Source of the DNA: Guillardia theta CCMP2712
Taxonomy: Eukaryota; Protista; Cryptophyta
NCBI RefSeq assembly: GCF_000315625.1
Contig: NW_005434579.1
Coordinates: 159,584 to 223,583 of the forward strand
Reading direction: 5' to 3'
DNA: 64,000 nucleotides
The translations under genes and the position numbers were made by a program. A model generated the notes under the pieces. It saw nothing but the letters and a program-made list of their open reading frames with translations, ran no database searches and had not been told where the DNA came from. Shown one piece after another: positions 10,732-22,719 of the stretch (position 1 is its first letter; the number at the start of each line of letters is the position of its first letter).

Positions 10732-12292
10732 ATGAACGTCGAACTGTTCGATCAAATCGACACAAACGGGGATGGTTTCCTGTCCGTCAAAGAGATCCAA
10801 CAAGCACTGACCAGCCCTGAAGTTAACGACACGATAAGAGTGCTGTTTGAGACATTTGACGAGAACGAAGATGGCCTCATTTCTCGAGACGAAGCAATGA
10901 AGAAACTAGTACAGATACCTGCGGGAAAGGAAAAGCTGATCGAGCATTTCAACGCAATAGACGTGAACGGTAAACCTGTCTGTGATCTGCATCTGTCTTG
11001 TTGCACTGCAACACCGATTGTATTCCCAAAAGTCTTGTTCATTCATACTTGACGATTTTCAAACAAAACTCACCTGGATCTGCCCAGGCGATGGAGTCTT
11101 GACGTATGAAGAGTTTTATGAAGGCATGAAGGACCAGATGCCGCCAGATGAGATCGAGCGAGTCTATCATCAACTCGACAAGGACAACGATGAGTGCATC
11201 ACGTTGGACGAGTTCATCATGTCTCAGATCATGATGTGTCATAGTAACCTCAAGTCCTCCCAAGTCAACATAGATCGCAGCACTGCCTGCTTGACCGAGG
11301 TCATGCAAAACCTCCGCCGAGGCGACAAGATGGGCGCTTGCATGAAGATGCTTCAAGATGCTCGGAAGCGACAGCTGATGACGACGTGGCCGTCCAAGAA
11401 GGCCCTGTACAAGAAGACGCCGCTGAGCGAGTACAAGACCAAGGTGCAGGAGATCTACGAGTTCTACTCCAACGGCCAAGACTTCCTCGACAAAGCGGGG
11501 GTGATCGAGGCGCTGGGCAAGTTTGGCAAGCATGTGGACGACACGCAGCTGAGCAAGCTTCTTGCTCAAGTCGGGAGCGAGGGCGATGCCGGCATTGACA
11601 GGGAGCATTTCGTGCTCATCACTTACAAGCTCCTTGCAAAGTCAGTCAAGTCGAAAGCCGAGCAGCGACTGGCGGCATTATCCAAACCCAAGAACAAGAC
11701 CGGAGAGCTCACCGTCGAAGACCATCTGGAGGAGATGGAAGCTCAAGCCAAGCAGTCCGAGGCTCAGGACAAGCCGAAGAAGTCAGACTCCAAGGGCGCA
11801 GGGAAGCTTGTGAGGAGGGCATCGATATCCGGAGTTGAGAAAGTAGCCAAAAAGACTTCTGCTGAGCCGAAGATACAACGAACCTCGTCGTCAGCTGGAC
11901 TAGCCAAGAAAGCCCCTCCCAATTTACAACGAAGTCATTCTGTCCCACAGATCGTGACCTGCCCGATCCGGTTCGAGTTTGACCGCCTAGACTGCAACGG
12001 TGACGTGTCGAGACTATCGATGTAGAGGTTGACATGCTGGGTACGACCAGGCGATGGGACGCTGTCGCACGATGAGCTGTTTGAAGGGCTCAAGCACAGG
12101 ATGGAGCAGGATGAGCTTGCCGAGCTTTTTGACTTCATGGTAGGCGTCTGACGGAAGCGTGTGCAGAGTCATCGGGGGGAAGGGGACTGACATCTTGCTC
12201 AGGATAGCAACGGAGACGGGATGATAACGTTTGAGGAGTTCTATGAAGCGAAGAAGAAGATCGCAGAGAAGAAGCCTCATCTAGCGTTTTGA
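10732..12292 (+). CDS. Multi EF-hand calcium-binding protein, copy 1
   Basis: EF loops DTNGDGFLSVKE, DENEDGLISRDE, DVNGDGVLTYEE, DKDNDECITLDE, DCNGDGTLSHDE, DSNGDGMITFEE; three short introns; ends KPHLAF-TGA at 12292. Confidence 0.9.
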
Positions 12293-12471
12293 CATGCGGC
12301 GACCTGTTTAGACTCAGTTACATATTTTTGATGCAATTATTCGATGATCAGGAGTTATGTATTGTGATGTTGAACTTTGATGATGGTGATGGACAGAATG
12401 GCATCTAATCAGGATGGCTTGTTGTTCAAGTTGTTAAGTTAGCTTATTTCCATTATTATACTATGATAAAG

Positions 12472-12573
12472 GTCAGGGTCAACCCTCAGGTGATTGTCCT
12501 CGTACTGATTTTTAACTTAGCTTTGAGTAATCACTTTCACTTGAAGCCCCTTTACTCAAAGTTAAGTTAAAAA
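12472..12573. repeat. Two copies of the dispersed element end in opposite orientation (12472-12530 +, 12551-12573 -)
   Basis: GATTGTCCTCGTACTGATTTTTAACTTAGCTTTGAGTAA followed by TTTACTCAAAGTTAAGTTAAAAA. Confidence 0.85.
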
Positions 12574-12918
12574 GAGTCCTTCCAGCATTCCGAGACTTGA
12601 CTGTAGTGAAATCCCGAGTCCGAGTCTCCCAGTCCCGCCGGGCCGGGCAGAAGGCTGCACGTGCACCAATCACCCCCTCATTTTCCCTTTTCCATCTTCT
12701 GGTCCTCGGGGTGGGTAGTTGTTCACTGGGGGTAGTCAATGAAAGCTACTGGGCTTGTGGGAAGAAGATTCAACACACCCTCACCTATAAGCTGTACATT
12801 TCAAAATAACAAACAAAGTTTGAATTATGTTTTGGTCATGCTGGGTTCAGCATGATTGGGAGCCAATTACCGGGGTAGGGGGTAGGGGTGGAGGCGAAAA
12901 GTTTGTGTAGGCGGCATC

Positions 12919-14202
12919 ATGGTGGCAACCAAACGGCAGACGAGGAGGAGCGAGAAGGAGGAGGGGGAGAAGGAGATGAACGACAATAGCCAGCATGATA
13001 ACTTAGATCAAGACAAGATGCAGACTGGGCGTAAAGGATTGAGATCGCAAAAAGATGACGGGAAGGATGTCGAGCAACGAGAGCAATCAGTTGGTACACG
13101 AGCACGAACGTCCAGGGTCGCTCCCAAAGACGGGAAACAAGAGATGGTAGAGAAGTCCTCCTCTGCTTTGGGACGAAATATGAAGCGATCCAAGACAAGT
13201 ATCGAGCAAGAGAGCAAGACACAAGATGGGAATGCAGAAGGTGCGAAGGAGCCAGAAGGGAAGGACAATTCGAAAGGAAGCGCCAAGGAACCAAAAACAC
13301 AGCAAAACAATTCCAAAGTGAACGCCGGGCAAGAAAGTAGAAGCAAAAGGGTAAGGAAAGATGCAGGAGATGAGGCAGAACCCTCGAGTAGCAAAAGAAC
13401 AAAAGCAACACCCAAGGGTGACGTCGAACAGCAGGTCATGCAGCAACAGCAGCAGCAAGATGTCGACGATGACTCAGATGAAGCGCCAGAGGAGGTTAGC
13501 AAAGGAGCAGCACAACAGGCTCTCCTCGATGTCCTAAAGGCAGAGCAAGCAGGCAGGAAGGCGATGGAAGAGCAAAAGAAATTTCGCAACAGGGAGAAAG
13601 AGGAGAAGATGAGAGAGCAGAAGAAGAATCCAAAGAAGAAAGAAGACAGAGATCCAAGGTCTTCCAAAGAAGCTCTCTCCTTGGATGTTCTGGATGCCAT
13701 CATGCGCGAGGAACAGGAGCAACGGAAGAAGAACGTAAGGGAGGAGAAGAAGGTTAGGGGGAAAAAGATCAAATTTCCAGCCAACGAGAGGCCAGCAAAA
13801 GTTGTCAAAGATGGTTTCATTCTGCAAAAAATTTCATCGTCTGCTGCTAGAATGGATGAAAGAAGATCCATCGGTGAGCGCGGGGAGGAGCAGGGAGGAT
13901 TTGAGGGGGAGGAAGCTGATGAGAAAGATGAGGAAAACAAGGAGAACCCCTCTGACGATATTCCAGATAAGGAAGCTTTGTCTTTGCTCGATAGTCACTT
14001 CTCCAAAGTGAATCGAAAGGTTTGTTTCTCGCTTCCCTCGATGAGGCTTTATCTTTCCCCTCTATCTGTGCTTCTTATGTCGATACTCCCTTCCCTTTAC
14101 CACTGCCATCCCCCCCTTTCCCTCACCCGTTCATTACGCCAGGAGTACTCGGCTGTTCATTCTCGCAGTTATGGACCAACCAAGACCTTTTGTGCCTTCT
14201 GA
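12919..14202 (+). CDS. Charged low-complexity protein, NOL7/Bud21 (U3 snoRNP-associated)-like
   Basis: DDDSDEAPEEVSK motif followed by a K/E/R-rich coiled coil. One probable intron at ~14020-14142; last exon EYSAVHSRSYGPTKTFCAF. Confidence 0.6.
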   Translation: MVATKRQTRRSEKEEGEKEMNDNSQHDNLDQDKMQTGRKGLRSQKDDGKDVEQREQSVGTRARTSRVAPKDGKQEMVEKSSSALGRNMKRSKTSIEQESKTQDGNAEGAKEPEGKDNSKGSAKEPKTQQNNSKVNAGQESRSKRVRKDAGDEAEPSSSKRTKATPKGDVEQQVMQQQQQQDVDDDSDEAPEEVSKGAAQQALLDVLKAEQAGRKAMEEQKKFRNREKEEKMREQKKNPKKKEDRDPRSSKEALSLDVLDAIMREEQEQRKKNVREEKKVRGKKIKFPANERPAKVVKDGFILQKISSSAARMDERRSIGERGEEQGGFEGEEADEKDEENKENPSDDIPDKEALSLLDSHFSKVNRKVCFSLPSMRLYLSPLSVLLMSILPSLYHCHPPLSLTRSLRQEYSAVHSRSYGPTKTFCAF

Positions 14203-14289
14203 TTGTCTTTGTAGCAGCTCATGTGTAAAACTGACCAGCGACACCAACTCAGTGCGTGATCATCAACTTGCCGCCCGCATCCTTGAACG

Positions 14290-14690
14290 TCATCCGAACT
14301 CATCACTGACTCGGAGGCTTCAAGTGACTTCCGAGTCACCGTGACTGTACGACGGTACCTTGGTACCCGCATGCCATGTGGCCGACAGTGACTCGGTGTC
14401 AGTGAACTGAGTTGTTCAGTCACGGTGACACTGGCTGAATGCTACTAACTAGTAACTCAGTAACGTTCCGCCGGAGTTCAACGGCTGCGCAGTGCCGTCC
14501 GGCCGCCGGGACTCAGCCGCCCGGGCCGGGCCGTGAGCTGGCCGCCCTGCCAGGCCGCTGCCAGGCCGCGGCGGCCCAGCCTGACTCACTGACTCGGAGT
14601 CAGACTCACTGTCGGGCCGGGCCCGGGGCCGCATCTCAGTCCCGGTTTTAGCACTGACTCGACCGTTGAACCGTTGACTCGCACGGTCCA
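14290..14690. repeat. GC-rich palindrome-rich intergenic island
   Basis: Dense GACTC/GAGTC, GTGAC/GTCAC, CCGG and GGCC words; ACCGTTGAACCGTTGA is shared with ~9573-9588. Confidence 0.7.
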
Positions 14691-15008
14691 AAAATATGAT
14701 ATCTACCCCTCCTTCCTACTAGACTATAGGGGGTCACTGCCGGGTTTTGAAACTCCAGGCGCCAATCCGATCTGCTGACGGAAATTTGACCACGAAATTG
14801 AGTATCGGTTGAGTACCCCTCCATTTGAATGGCATAAACACCCGTCCTGAATGAAGCTTTGTCAAAGTCACGGCCGCACTGCCTTCACATACTACCCCTT
14901 CTATTGACCTTGTAATGACCCCTACTCGAATTAACGGGATTTGCAGGTTCATTATCATGTTTGTTGAACTTCCTCCCAGCCTCACTCGTAGCCAAACCTG
15001 ATCTCCAG

Positions 15009-15096
15009 ATGTTGTCTACATGTTGTCTACATGTTGTCTACATGTTGTCTACATGTTGTCTACATGTTGTCTACATGTTGTCCACATGTTGTTTAC
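15009..15096. repeat. 11-bp tandem repeat (ATGTTGTCTAC)x8
   Basis: Six exact units, then two single-substitution units. Confidence 0.95.
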
Positions 15097-15466
15097 ACAT
15101 TCTCTGCTTATTCTCTGCTTATTCTCCACCTGTCTCCTCTTGTTATCCACTTATTCTCCACTTGTTCGAGCTAGAAACCTCCTCTTCCTCGTCTCCACAA
15201 CTGATGTCCTCCCTCTTCCCAACTGTGTAGTAACTTGCATCTCCTGATTCACTAACTCATATCCTCTCCCTCTGTCCTCCGCAGTGTCGATATGTTCCGC
15301 TACAAACCACTCAATATCCTCATTTGAAAAGCTCTTTACAATGATGCTCCACCACAACAACGTCTATTTCCACCATAACAACATTTGTTCCCTTATGATC
15401 AACCTTCTCTCTCTATTTCACTGAAGATCTTCCCATTGTCTGTCTGATACTTTCGCTTTTTGAAGG

Positions 15467-17228
15467 ATGAGTGTCAAGCTATTCGATGATATTCTGCTCA
15501 TCGGAGATAATTTTCTTTCCGTCAACGATATCGAACAAGCTTTGTCGGAATGCAACATACCGAAGAAAACGATCGAAGTTTTGATTCAAGTCTTCGATGA
15601 GAACGAAGATGGCCTCATTTCCCGAGAAGAAGCAATGAAGAAAATAGTTCAAACTCCTGCAGGCAAGGAAAGACTGGTGGAGGAATTCAATGCAATAGAT
15701 GTGGATGGTAAACCATGCAATGCTGCTTCGAACACTAACGACAATCTGCCCAGGCGATGGAGTCTTGACGTTTGAAGAGTTCTGTGAAGGCATGAAGGAC
15801 CAGATGCCGCCAGATGAGATCGAGCGAGTCTATCATCAACTCGACAAGGACAACGATGAGTGCATCACGTTGGACGAGTTCATCATGTCTCAGATCTTGA
15901 TGTGTCATAGTAACCTCAAGTCCTCCCAAGTCAACATAGATCGCAGCACTGCCTGCTTGACCGAGGTCATGCAAAACCTCCGCCGAGGCGACAAGATGGG
16001 CGCTTGCATGAAGATGCTTCAAGATGCTCGGAAGCGACAGCTGATGACGACGTGGCCGTCCAAGAAGGCCCTGTACAAGAAGACGCCGCTGAGCGAGTAC
16101 AAGACCAAGGTGCAGGAGATCTACGAGTTCTACTCCAACGGCCAAGACTTCCTCGACAAAGCGGGGGTGATCGAGGCGCTGGGCAAGTTTGGCAAGCATG
16201 TGGACGACACGCAGCTGAGCAAGCTTCTTGCTCAAGTCGGGAGCGAGGGCGATGCCGGCATTGACAGGGAGCATTTCGTGCTCATCACTTACAAGCTCCT
16301 TGCAAAGTCAGTCAAGTCGAAAGCCGAGCAGCGACTGGCGGCATTATCCAAACCCAAGAACAAGACCGGAGAGCTCACCGTCGAAGACCATCTGGAGGAG
16401 ATGGAAGCTCAAGCCAAGCAGTCCGAGGCTCAGGACAAGCCGAAGAAGTCAGACTCCAAGGGCGCAGGGAAGCTTGTGAGGAGGGCATCGATATCCGGAG
16501 TTGAGAAAGCGGTGTCAAAGGAAGCAGGCATACAACGAACCTCGTCGTCAGCTGTACACGCCAAGTCGTTTTCAAGCTTACCAAGCATAAGGCGAACGCA
16601 ATCGAGTTCAGGAATGGATCATTCTTGCAACATTGAACAGCTGGAAATAAAACGAACCTCGTCGTCTGCTGGACTAGCCCAAAAGACTTCTGCTGAGCCG
16701 AAAACACAGCGTGCGCATCTTTCAGCTGTACAAGCCAAGTCGTTTTCAAGCTTACCTAGCATAAGGCGAACACAGTCGACATCGGGATTTGAACGTTCCT
16801 CCAGCTCTGAGCAGCTAGAAATACAACGAACCTCGTCGTCAGCTGGGCTAGCCAAGAAAGCCCCCCCCAATTTACAACGAAGTCATTCTGTCCCACAGAT
16901 CGTGACCTGCCCGATCCGGTTCGAGTTTGACCGCCTAGACTGCAACGGTGACGTGTCGAGACTATCGATGTAGAGGTTGACATGCTGGGTACGACCAGGC
17001 GATGGGACGCTGTCGCACGATGAGCTGTTTGAAGGGCTCAAGCACAGGATGGAGCAGGATGAGCTTGCCGAGCTTTTTGACTTCATGGTAGGCGTCTGAC
17101 AGAGTCATCGGGGGGAAGGGGACTGACATCTTGCTCAGGATAGCAACGGAGACGGGATGATAACGTTTGAGGAGTTCTATGAAGCGAAGAAGAAGATCGC
17201 AGAGAAGAAGCCTCATCTAGCGTTTTAA
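15467..17228 (+). CDS. Multi EF-hand calcium-binding protein, copy 2 (first EF loop degenerate, Ser-rich linker expanded)
   Basis: Near-identical to copy 1 from ~15745 onward, including the later introns; ends KPHLAF-TAA at 17228. Confidence 0.9.
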
Positions 17229-17745
17229 CATGCGGCGACCTTTGTAGTCAGCCTTGTACTTTAAACTTTCACAGGAGAATATCACTGTTCCTCCAGTCGA
17301 TCATTCCTCGCACTATCAGCTTGTCTTGTGTGTATAAGTACAGGTGAACTGTCGGGGAAGCGTTGGATTCAACGTTACGTTGATCATTGGTTGGTTCGTT
17401 TTGCTGGTACGTTCGCATACTTCTCATCGCCTTCATCTCCCCATCTCTACTTTGTGCTCTTCTTAATCAGTCCTGCCCTGGTCGCTCGTTGAGGGAAGTT
17501 GTTTCATCCGCCCTCGTCGTCGGCTCGTTGCTCTCCTCCTGGTCTCTCAGGAGTGGACGTCTGGTCAACATTTGAACCCCTTCTGCCTAACCTTCTCCCA
17601 ATCCACTCGTTGTAACTCCTGCTGCTGCTCCTGTTACCTGCCCCTGCCCCTCCTCCAATACCCCCTCTTTCCTTTCCCCCTCTCTTCTCTCGCCTCCTGA
17701 TCCTTATAATGTGGACTCTGTCTTCCTAAACCCTCAGTTTTGCCT

Positions 17746-17842
17746 GGAGTACTCGGCGATTCATTCTCGCAGTTATGGACCAACCAAGACCTTTTGCGCC
17801 TTCTGATTTTCTTCGTAGCAGCTCATGTGTAGAAGACCAGCG
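17746..17842 (+). pseudogene. Orphan duplicate of the last exon and 3' UTR of the 12919-14202 gene
   Basis: GGAGTACTCGGC..TTCATTCTCGCAGTTATGGACCAACCAAGACCTTTTG matches 14142-14240 with several substitutions; the upstream exon is absent. Confidence 0.8.
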
Positions 17843-17844
17843 GC

Positions 17845-17921
17845 ATCAACATCAACATCAACACCAACATCAACACCAACACCAACACCAACACCAACAC
17901 CAACACCAACATCACCATCAC
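17845..17921. repeat. (ACACCA/ACATCA)n hexamer microsatellite
   Basis: Seen directly. Confidence 0.9.
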
Positions 17922-18007
17922 CTTTCCTCACATACATGACATTCTCTCACATCAGCCCTACGTCTGCTCCATGCGTTCAGACTGCCCGCCAACGAGAGCC
18001 GCGTGCC

Positions 18008-21000
18008 TCAGGTCTCGGGGGAGGCGATGGGTACGGGGCGGGCCCACATCTGGCGCTTCTGCATCTTGTTCTCAGCATTGTCTTCGGCCGGTCGGGCAGG
18101 GTCGCCGCGTCCTCGCAGGTTGTACTTGATCTGCAGCTGCAGCTGCTCAAGCTCGTCCTCGCTGTTCCTGTTCGAGTGAACTCCTCCTACCGAGTCGTCT
18201 GAGTCTCCGTCTCCCTCCTCTCCTCCCCTCCTCCCTTTCGTCTTCGCTGCACTGCTTCCCGTGCTCGGGCTCGTCTTCGATCCTCCGCTCGCCTCAGCCA
18301 TCGCCTGCTTGGCGACTTTCGCCTCCTTGAAGGCCTTGGAAACGGCCGTCTTGGTACTTGACCTGCTTGACTGTTCAGCACTACTCACTCCTCTTCCTCT
18401 CTCTTGCCTCACTATCACACGTCTAGACGCTGCTCCCCCCTCTCTTCCTCTATAGGCACTATCCTCTTCCCTCATAGTTGGTCATGCTACCTCCTCCTCT
18501 TCGTCCTTGCCGCACATGCCAGGTGTTCTCCCCTCCCCCACTCCTCGCTCTTTACCTCTTGTGCGCCCCGTCCTTGGCAGACGTCCGTGCGGCAAGAAAG
18601 CCAGACTGCACCTCGATGCTCCACTCGTCTCCTCTTCCCGCTCCTGCTTCCTCCACCAGCGCTGCTCCTTCCCTCACATCGCCCTGTGGTGCAGCGACAT
18701 CATTTCCGTTGGTCGCTTCTGCCGCTTCCTCTGAGATGTTGAGGGCTCGTAGGTCCTGCAGAGTATAAGAGCCCTTGGACCCTCCTCTCTCTCTCGGCCT
18801 ACAAGCTCTCTCGCCAGCCTCTCCAGCTCTCCGATGTCCGGCCTTGTCCTCTTCACCTGCGATGGAAGATGATGATGCGATGGAGGCGAAGACAGCAGCG
18901 GGGCGAAGAGCACGGGGAGAGGGGAGGGGAGGGGAGGAGAGGACAGGAGAGGAGGGGGAGAGAGCTCAACCTCGCATCCTCGTTGCAAAAGGAAGGAAGC
19001 GACTTCCTTGTTCTCAAAGTACTGCAGCAAGCGAATCAGCTCGTTGGGAACATCCAGCGCAGCACAGAACGGGAGAAAAGAGAAGGGAAAGGAGGAGAAA
19101 CGATAAAAGGTGCACGAATCGAAGAGGGAAAGGAAGAGAAGGAGAGTGGTAGAGGATCAGAATCAGGAGAACTTGGAGTACAAGGCGGAGCAGAGGAGAA
19201 GAAAGAGGAGAGGGAAGGATTGGGCCGGGAGGGGGGACAGAAGGGGCGATTGGGAGGGGTAGCAGGAGGAGCAGATGGATAAACACCAGCGCGGCATCGA
19301 GAGGTGTATGTCCTTTGTCGTCCGTCCCATTCTTGTCAACTCCGCACTAGAACGTCGGGTCAATCCCCATCATAATCTCCTCCCCTGCTCTGCTCTCCTC
19401 CCTCCCTCCTTCCTTCCCTCCCTCCATCCCTCCCTCCCTCCCTCCCTCCCCCGCCCTTCCGGCTCCCATCCCCCTCATCGCCCCTTCTCCCTGCACCTGC
19501 AGGAGCATGCTGCATATCCTCATGTTGCCGAACTGTGCAGCATGATGCAATGCGGTCCTCCCCTTGTAGTCCACTAGTCCTGCTGCTGCCCTCCCCTTCG
19601 GAGTGTCCAGGATGGCCGTCACGACCTGCTCTGCCCCGTTCTCTGCTGCGTAATGGAGCGCCGACCTGATGGGTGCGAGCAAGGAGAGGACGAGCGGAAG
19701 AGGGGGAAGTGGAGGGAAGAGGAGATGGAGGAGGAGAGAAGAAGCAAGAAGGGGCAAGGGAGAGAGGACTCAGCCAAGACAGGCAGGAGGAGACTTGAGG
19801 AGTTTCACCTGCCCTTGAGGTCCTGAGACGCTACCGGGGCCCTGAAAGCGACGAGAGCGACGAGGAGTGAGGGAGGAGAAAAGCGAGCAGCAAGCGAGTA
19901 CCCGTGAGAGAGTAGGACCATCGCCAGCGCATGATTCCCCTTGGCAGCTGCAACATGTAGGGGCACCCGTCCCTTGTTGTCGCCTGCGAGTCAGTCAGCA
20001 TCGCCATCAAGTCCACAGCCTCCCTCCCCCGCCCTTTCCCAGCCTTTTACCCCCTCCACCCTCATAATTCCTCTCCTTTTCTTTCTTCATCCTCCCCCTC
20101 TTCCTTTTGCTTCCTCCATTCAAACTCCCGCTGTTCCTCCCCTCCCTTCCCTGCCTTCTCCTCCCTCCTCCTTCCTCCCTCCTCCTTCCTCTCTTCCTCT
20201 TGCTTCCTCCATCATGCTTCCCTTCCAACTCCTCCCTCTTCCCCTCCCTTCCGATCTCTCTAGGAGTCTCCCTCATCTTCCCCCCCTCCCTTTCTCAGCT
20301 GACCTATAGCAGGATCCGCCCTCTTTGCCAGCAGAGTTGCGCAGGTGGTCACGTGTCCCTGTCTCCCGTCAGCACCGGCAGGCGGCAGCTCTACAGACTG
20401 ACAGTGGCGACGGCGAGGAGGAGCGGAGTGTGACCTGAGTCGTCCCGAGCGTTGATCTCGGCGCCCTTGTCTGCCAGGATGGAGACTGAAGCAGGGTGCC
20501 CGTTCTCAGACGCCAGATGCATGCAAGATCGACCCCTGCAGTCCCTCAGCTCCTTTTCAGCTCCGGCCTCGATGAGGATGTTGGACGTGACCAGGTGCCC
20601 GTACCTGACACATCGAGAGTAAAAGAGCTGCTGGCAGTCAGCTGGACTCGAGCTGGTTACATGCAAGAGGAGTGTAGGGGAGTTCTTCTCTTGTAGTCCA
20701 CGGCGTTGGCGTTGGCATCGTACTCCAGCAGCAACCTGATATTGGAGACGTGTCATCACAAGGAGAGGGAGCGAGGGCGAGGCAAGAGGGGTTGAGGGCA
20801 ACTCGAGCGCTAACGGAGCAGGTCAAGTCACAACGTGGGTCGGGGGTGCGGAAGTCGGAAGAGAGAAAGGGGACTGAGTCTCTGAAGATGAAAGAGCTTG
20901 TTCATTCAGCATCTCTCACCTTACTGTTCCCGTGTGTCGATACCTCGCAGCCGCATGCAGCGGCGACCTGGACTTGTCGTCGGCAAGGGACGGATCTCCC

Positions 21001-22719
21001 CGCCTGTCAAGCAGCAGCTTCGACGTGGAGAAATGGCCGTATTGCACGGCTGCGTGAGAGTCAGGAAAGTGGACGAGATTGAGAGGAGGGGAAGGAGGAG
21101 TAAGTGAGCGAGTGCGAGGGAGTATGAGGGAAAAAAGGAGTGAGAAGAGGGGGAGGAGAGGGGGAGGGAGTATGAGGGAAGAAAGGAGTGAGAAGGGGGG
21201 AGGAGAGGGGGAGGGGAGGGGATCTTGTTGCTATGGGTCCATTGCAGCACCAGCAAGAGCAGGAGCATCAAGAGATAGAAAAGGACGAGGAGGGAGGAGG
21301 GAGGAGGGAGGGAGAAGGAAGGAGAGGGGAGGGAGGGAGAAGGAAGGAGGGAGGAGGGAGGAGGGAGGGAGGAAGGCGAGAATCTGCCTGCTCGAAGTGG
21401 GGTCCGTTTTCTCAGATCGAGGAGATTGACATTGGCGCCATGGTCAAGGAGAACCTGCGCTGTCCCGTAGTGGCCGTACTGGAGGGTGAGAATTAAGGTG
21501 AGGATCAAAGAGGTGGGAATTAAGGAGCAGGAAAGTTGAGGAGTGCGAGCAGGAAAGGATGATCAGGAGGAGAAAGTGCATAGCAGTAGGAACAGGAGCA
21601 GGAGGAAGGAGGAGGAATAGGAGAAGTGCAGGAGGTGGTGGAGGAGGAGCACTACCACACCCCCGATCTAGGAGTATGGGCAGCAGGAGAAAGAGGAGTA
21701 CGAGGAGGAGGAGGAGGAGAAGGGGGAGGGGGAGGGGGAGGGGGAGGGGGAGGGGGAGGGGGAGGGGGAGGAGTATCTTACTTGCACAGCAGCACGCAGT
21801 GCGGCAACACCCTTGGCGTCCTGCCAGTCTACCTGTGCTCCTCGTTCCACAAGCAACGAAACCTGGACAGCGTCAGCCCCTGCCCTCGCACCCGCAGCAT
21901 GCGTCCACCGTGCCGTGGTGAGCATACTGAGCAGCGATCCTTAGAGCAGTCCGACCCTGCACAGAGGAAGCAGTGACTTTCTCCTGCTCATCCTCCCTCC
22001 CTCTTCACCTTGAGGTCCACCGCATCGATCCTTGCCCCATAGTCCAACAACATCCCGACCTGTCAGGCAGCAGTGACTCCCCAGACTCCCTGGGCAACAG
22101 GAGGTCAACAGTTCCAGCATGTCCGAATCCTGCAGCGAGATGTAGAGGTGTACAGCCCTGCCGGGAGGATCACCTTCTCCCCTCCGACCTCACTGAGTCA
22201 CAACACCTGCGAGTCCTTCACTTCAAGGTTCTTGTTCCACCTGATCAGCAGGGAGCAGGTGAGAGCATGGCCGTACTGGACAAGCATCCATGGGCATCAG
22301 CTGCTGCTGCTGCAAGCACTCCATGTCTCACCAGCGCCGCCCAGTGTAGAGGCTGCCGTTCCTGCTTGTCCCGCAAGATTGGGTTCGCCCCGAGCTGCAT
22401 CGCCACTCACACTGCCTGCTTCCTCTCAGGACAAGACCTCACCTGCAGCAGGTACTGTGCAGCTCCTGCTCTGCCATAGCGGCATGCGAGGTGCAGTGCG
22501 GTGTAGCCATCCTCCTCGCGCTGGTCGGCCAAGTCAGAGCAGGAGAGCGGCAGGTGGTGGGTACGGCCCGACCTGCGTGTCTGGGTGGATGTTGTTCTCT
22601 GTGATGAGCCGCCATATGAGATCATGGTTGCCGATCTTCGTCGCCGAGAAGAGATGATTCAGCTGGACTTCTCTTGGGGTTGCCGATACCCCATCCTCCA
22701 TCTCCTCGTTCATCGCCAT
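18008..22719 (-). CDS. Ankyrin-repeat protein with many short exons (3' end uncertain)
   Basis: Exons include GYTALHLACRYG, QYGHYGTAQVLLDHGANVNLLDLRKRTPL, GRSCMHLASENGHPASVSILADKGAEINARDDSGHTPLLLAV, SALHYAAENGAEQVV and GRTALHHAAQFGNMRICSMLLQ. Confidence 0.85.
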
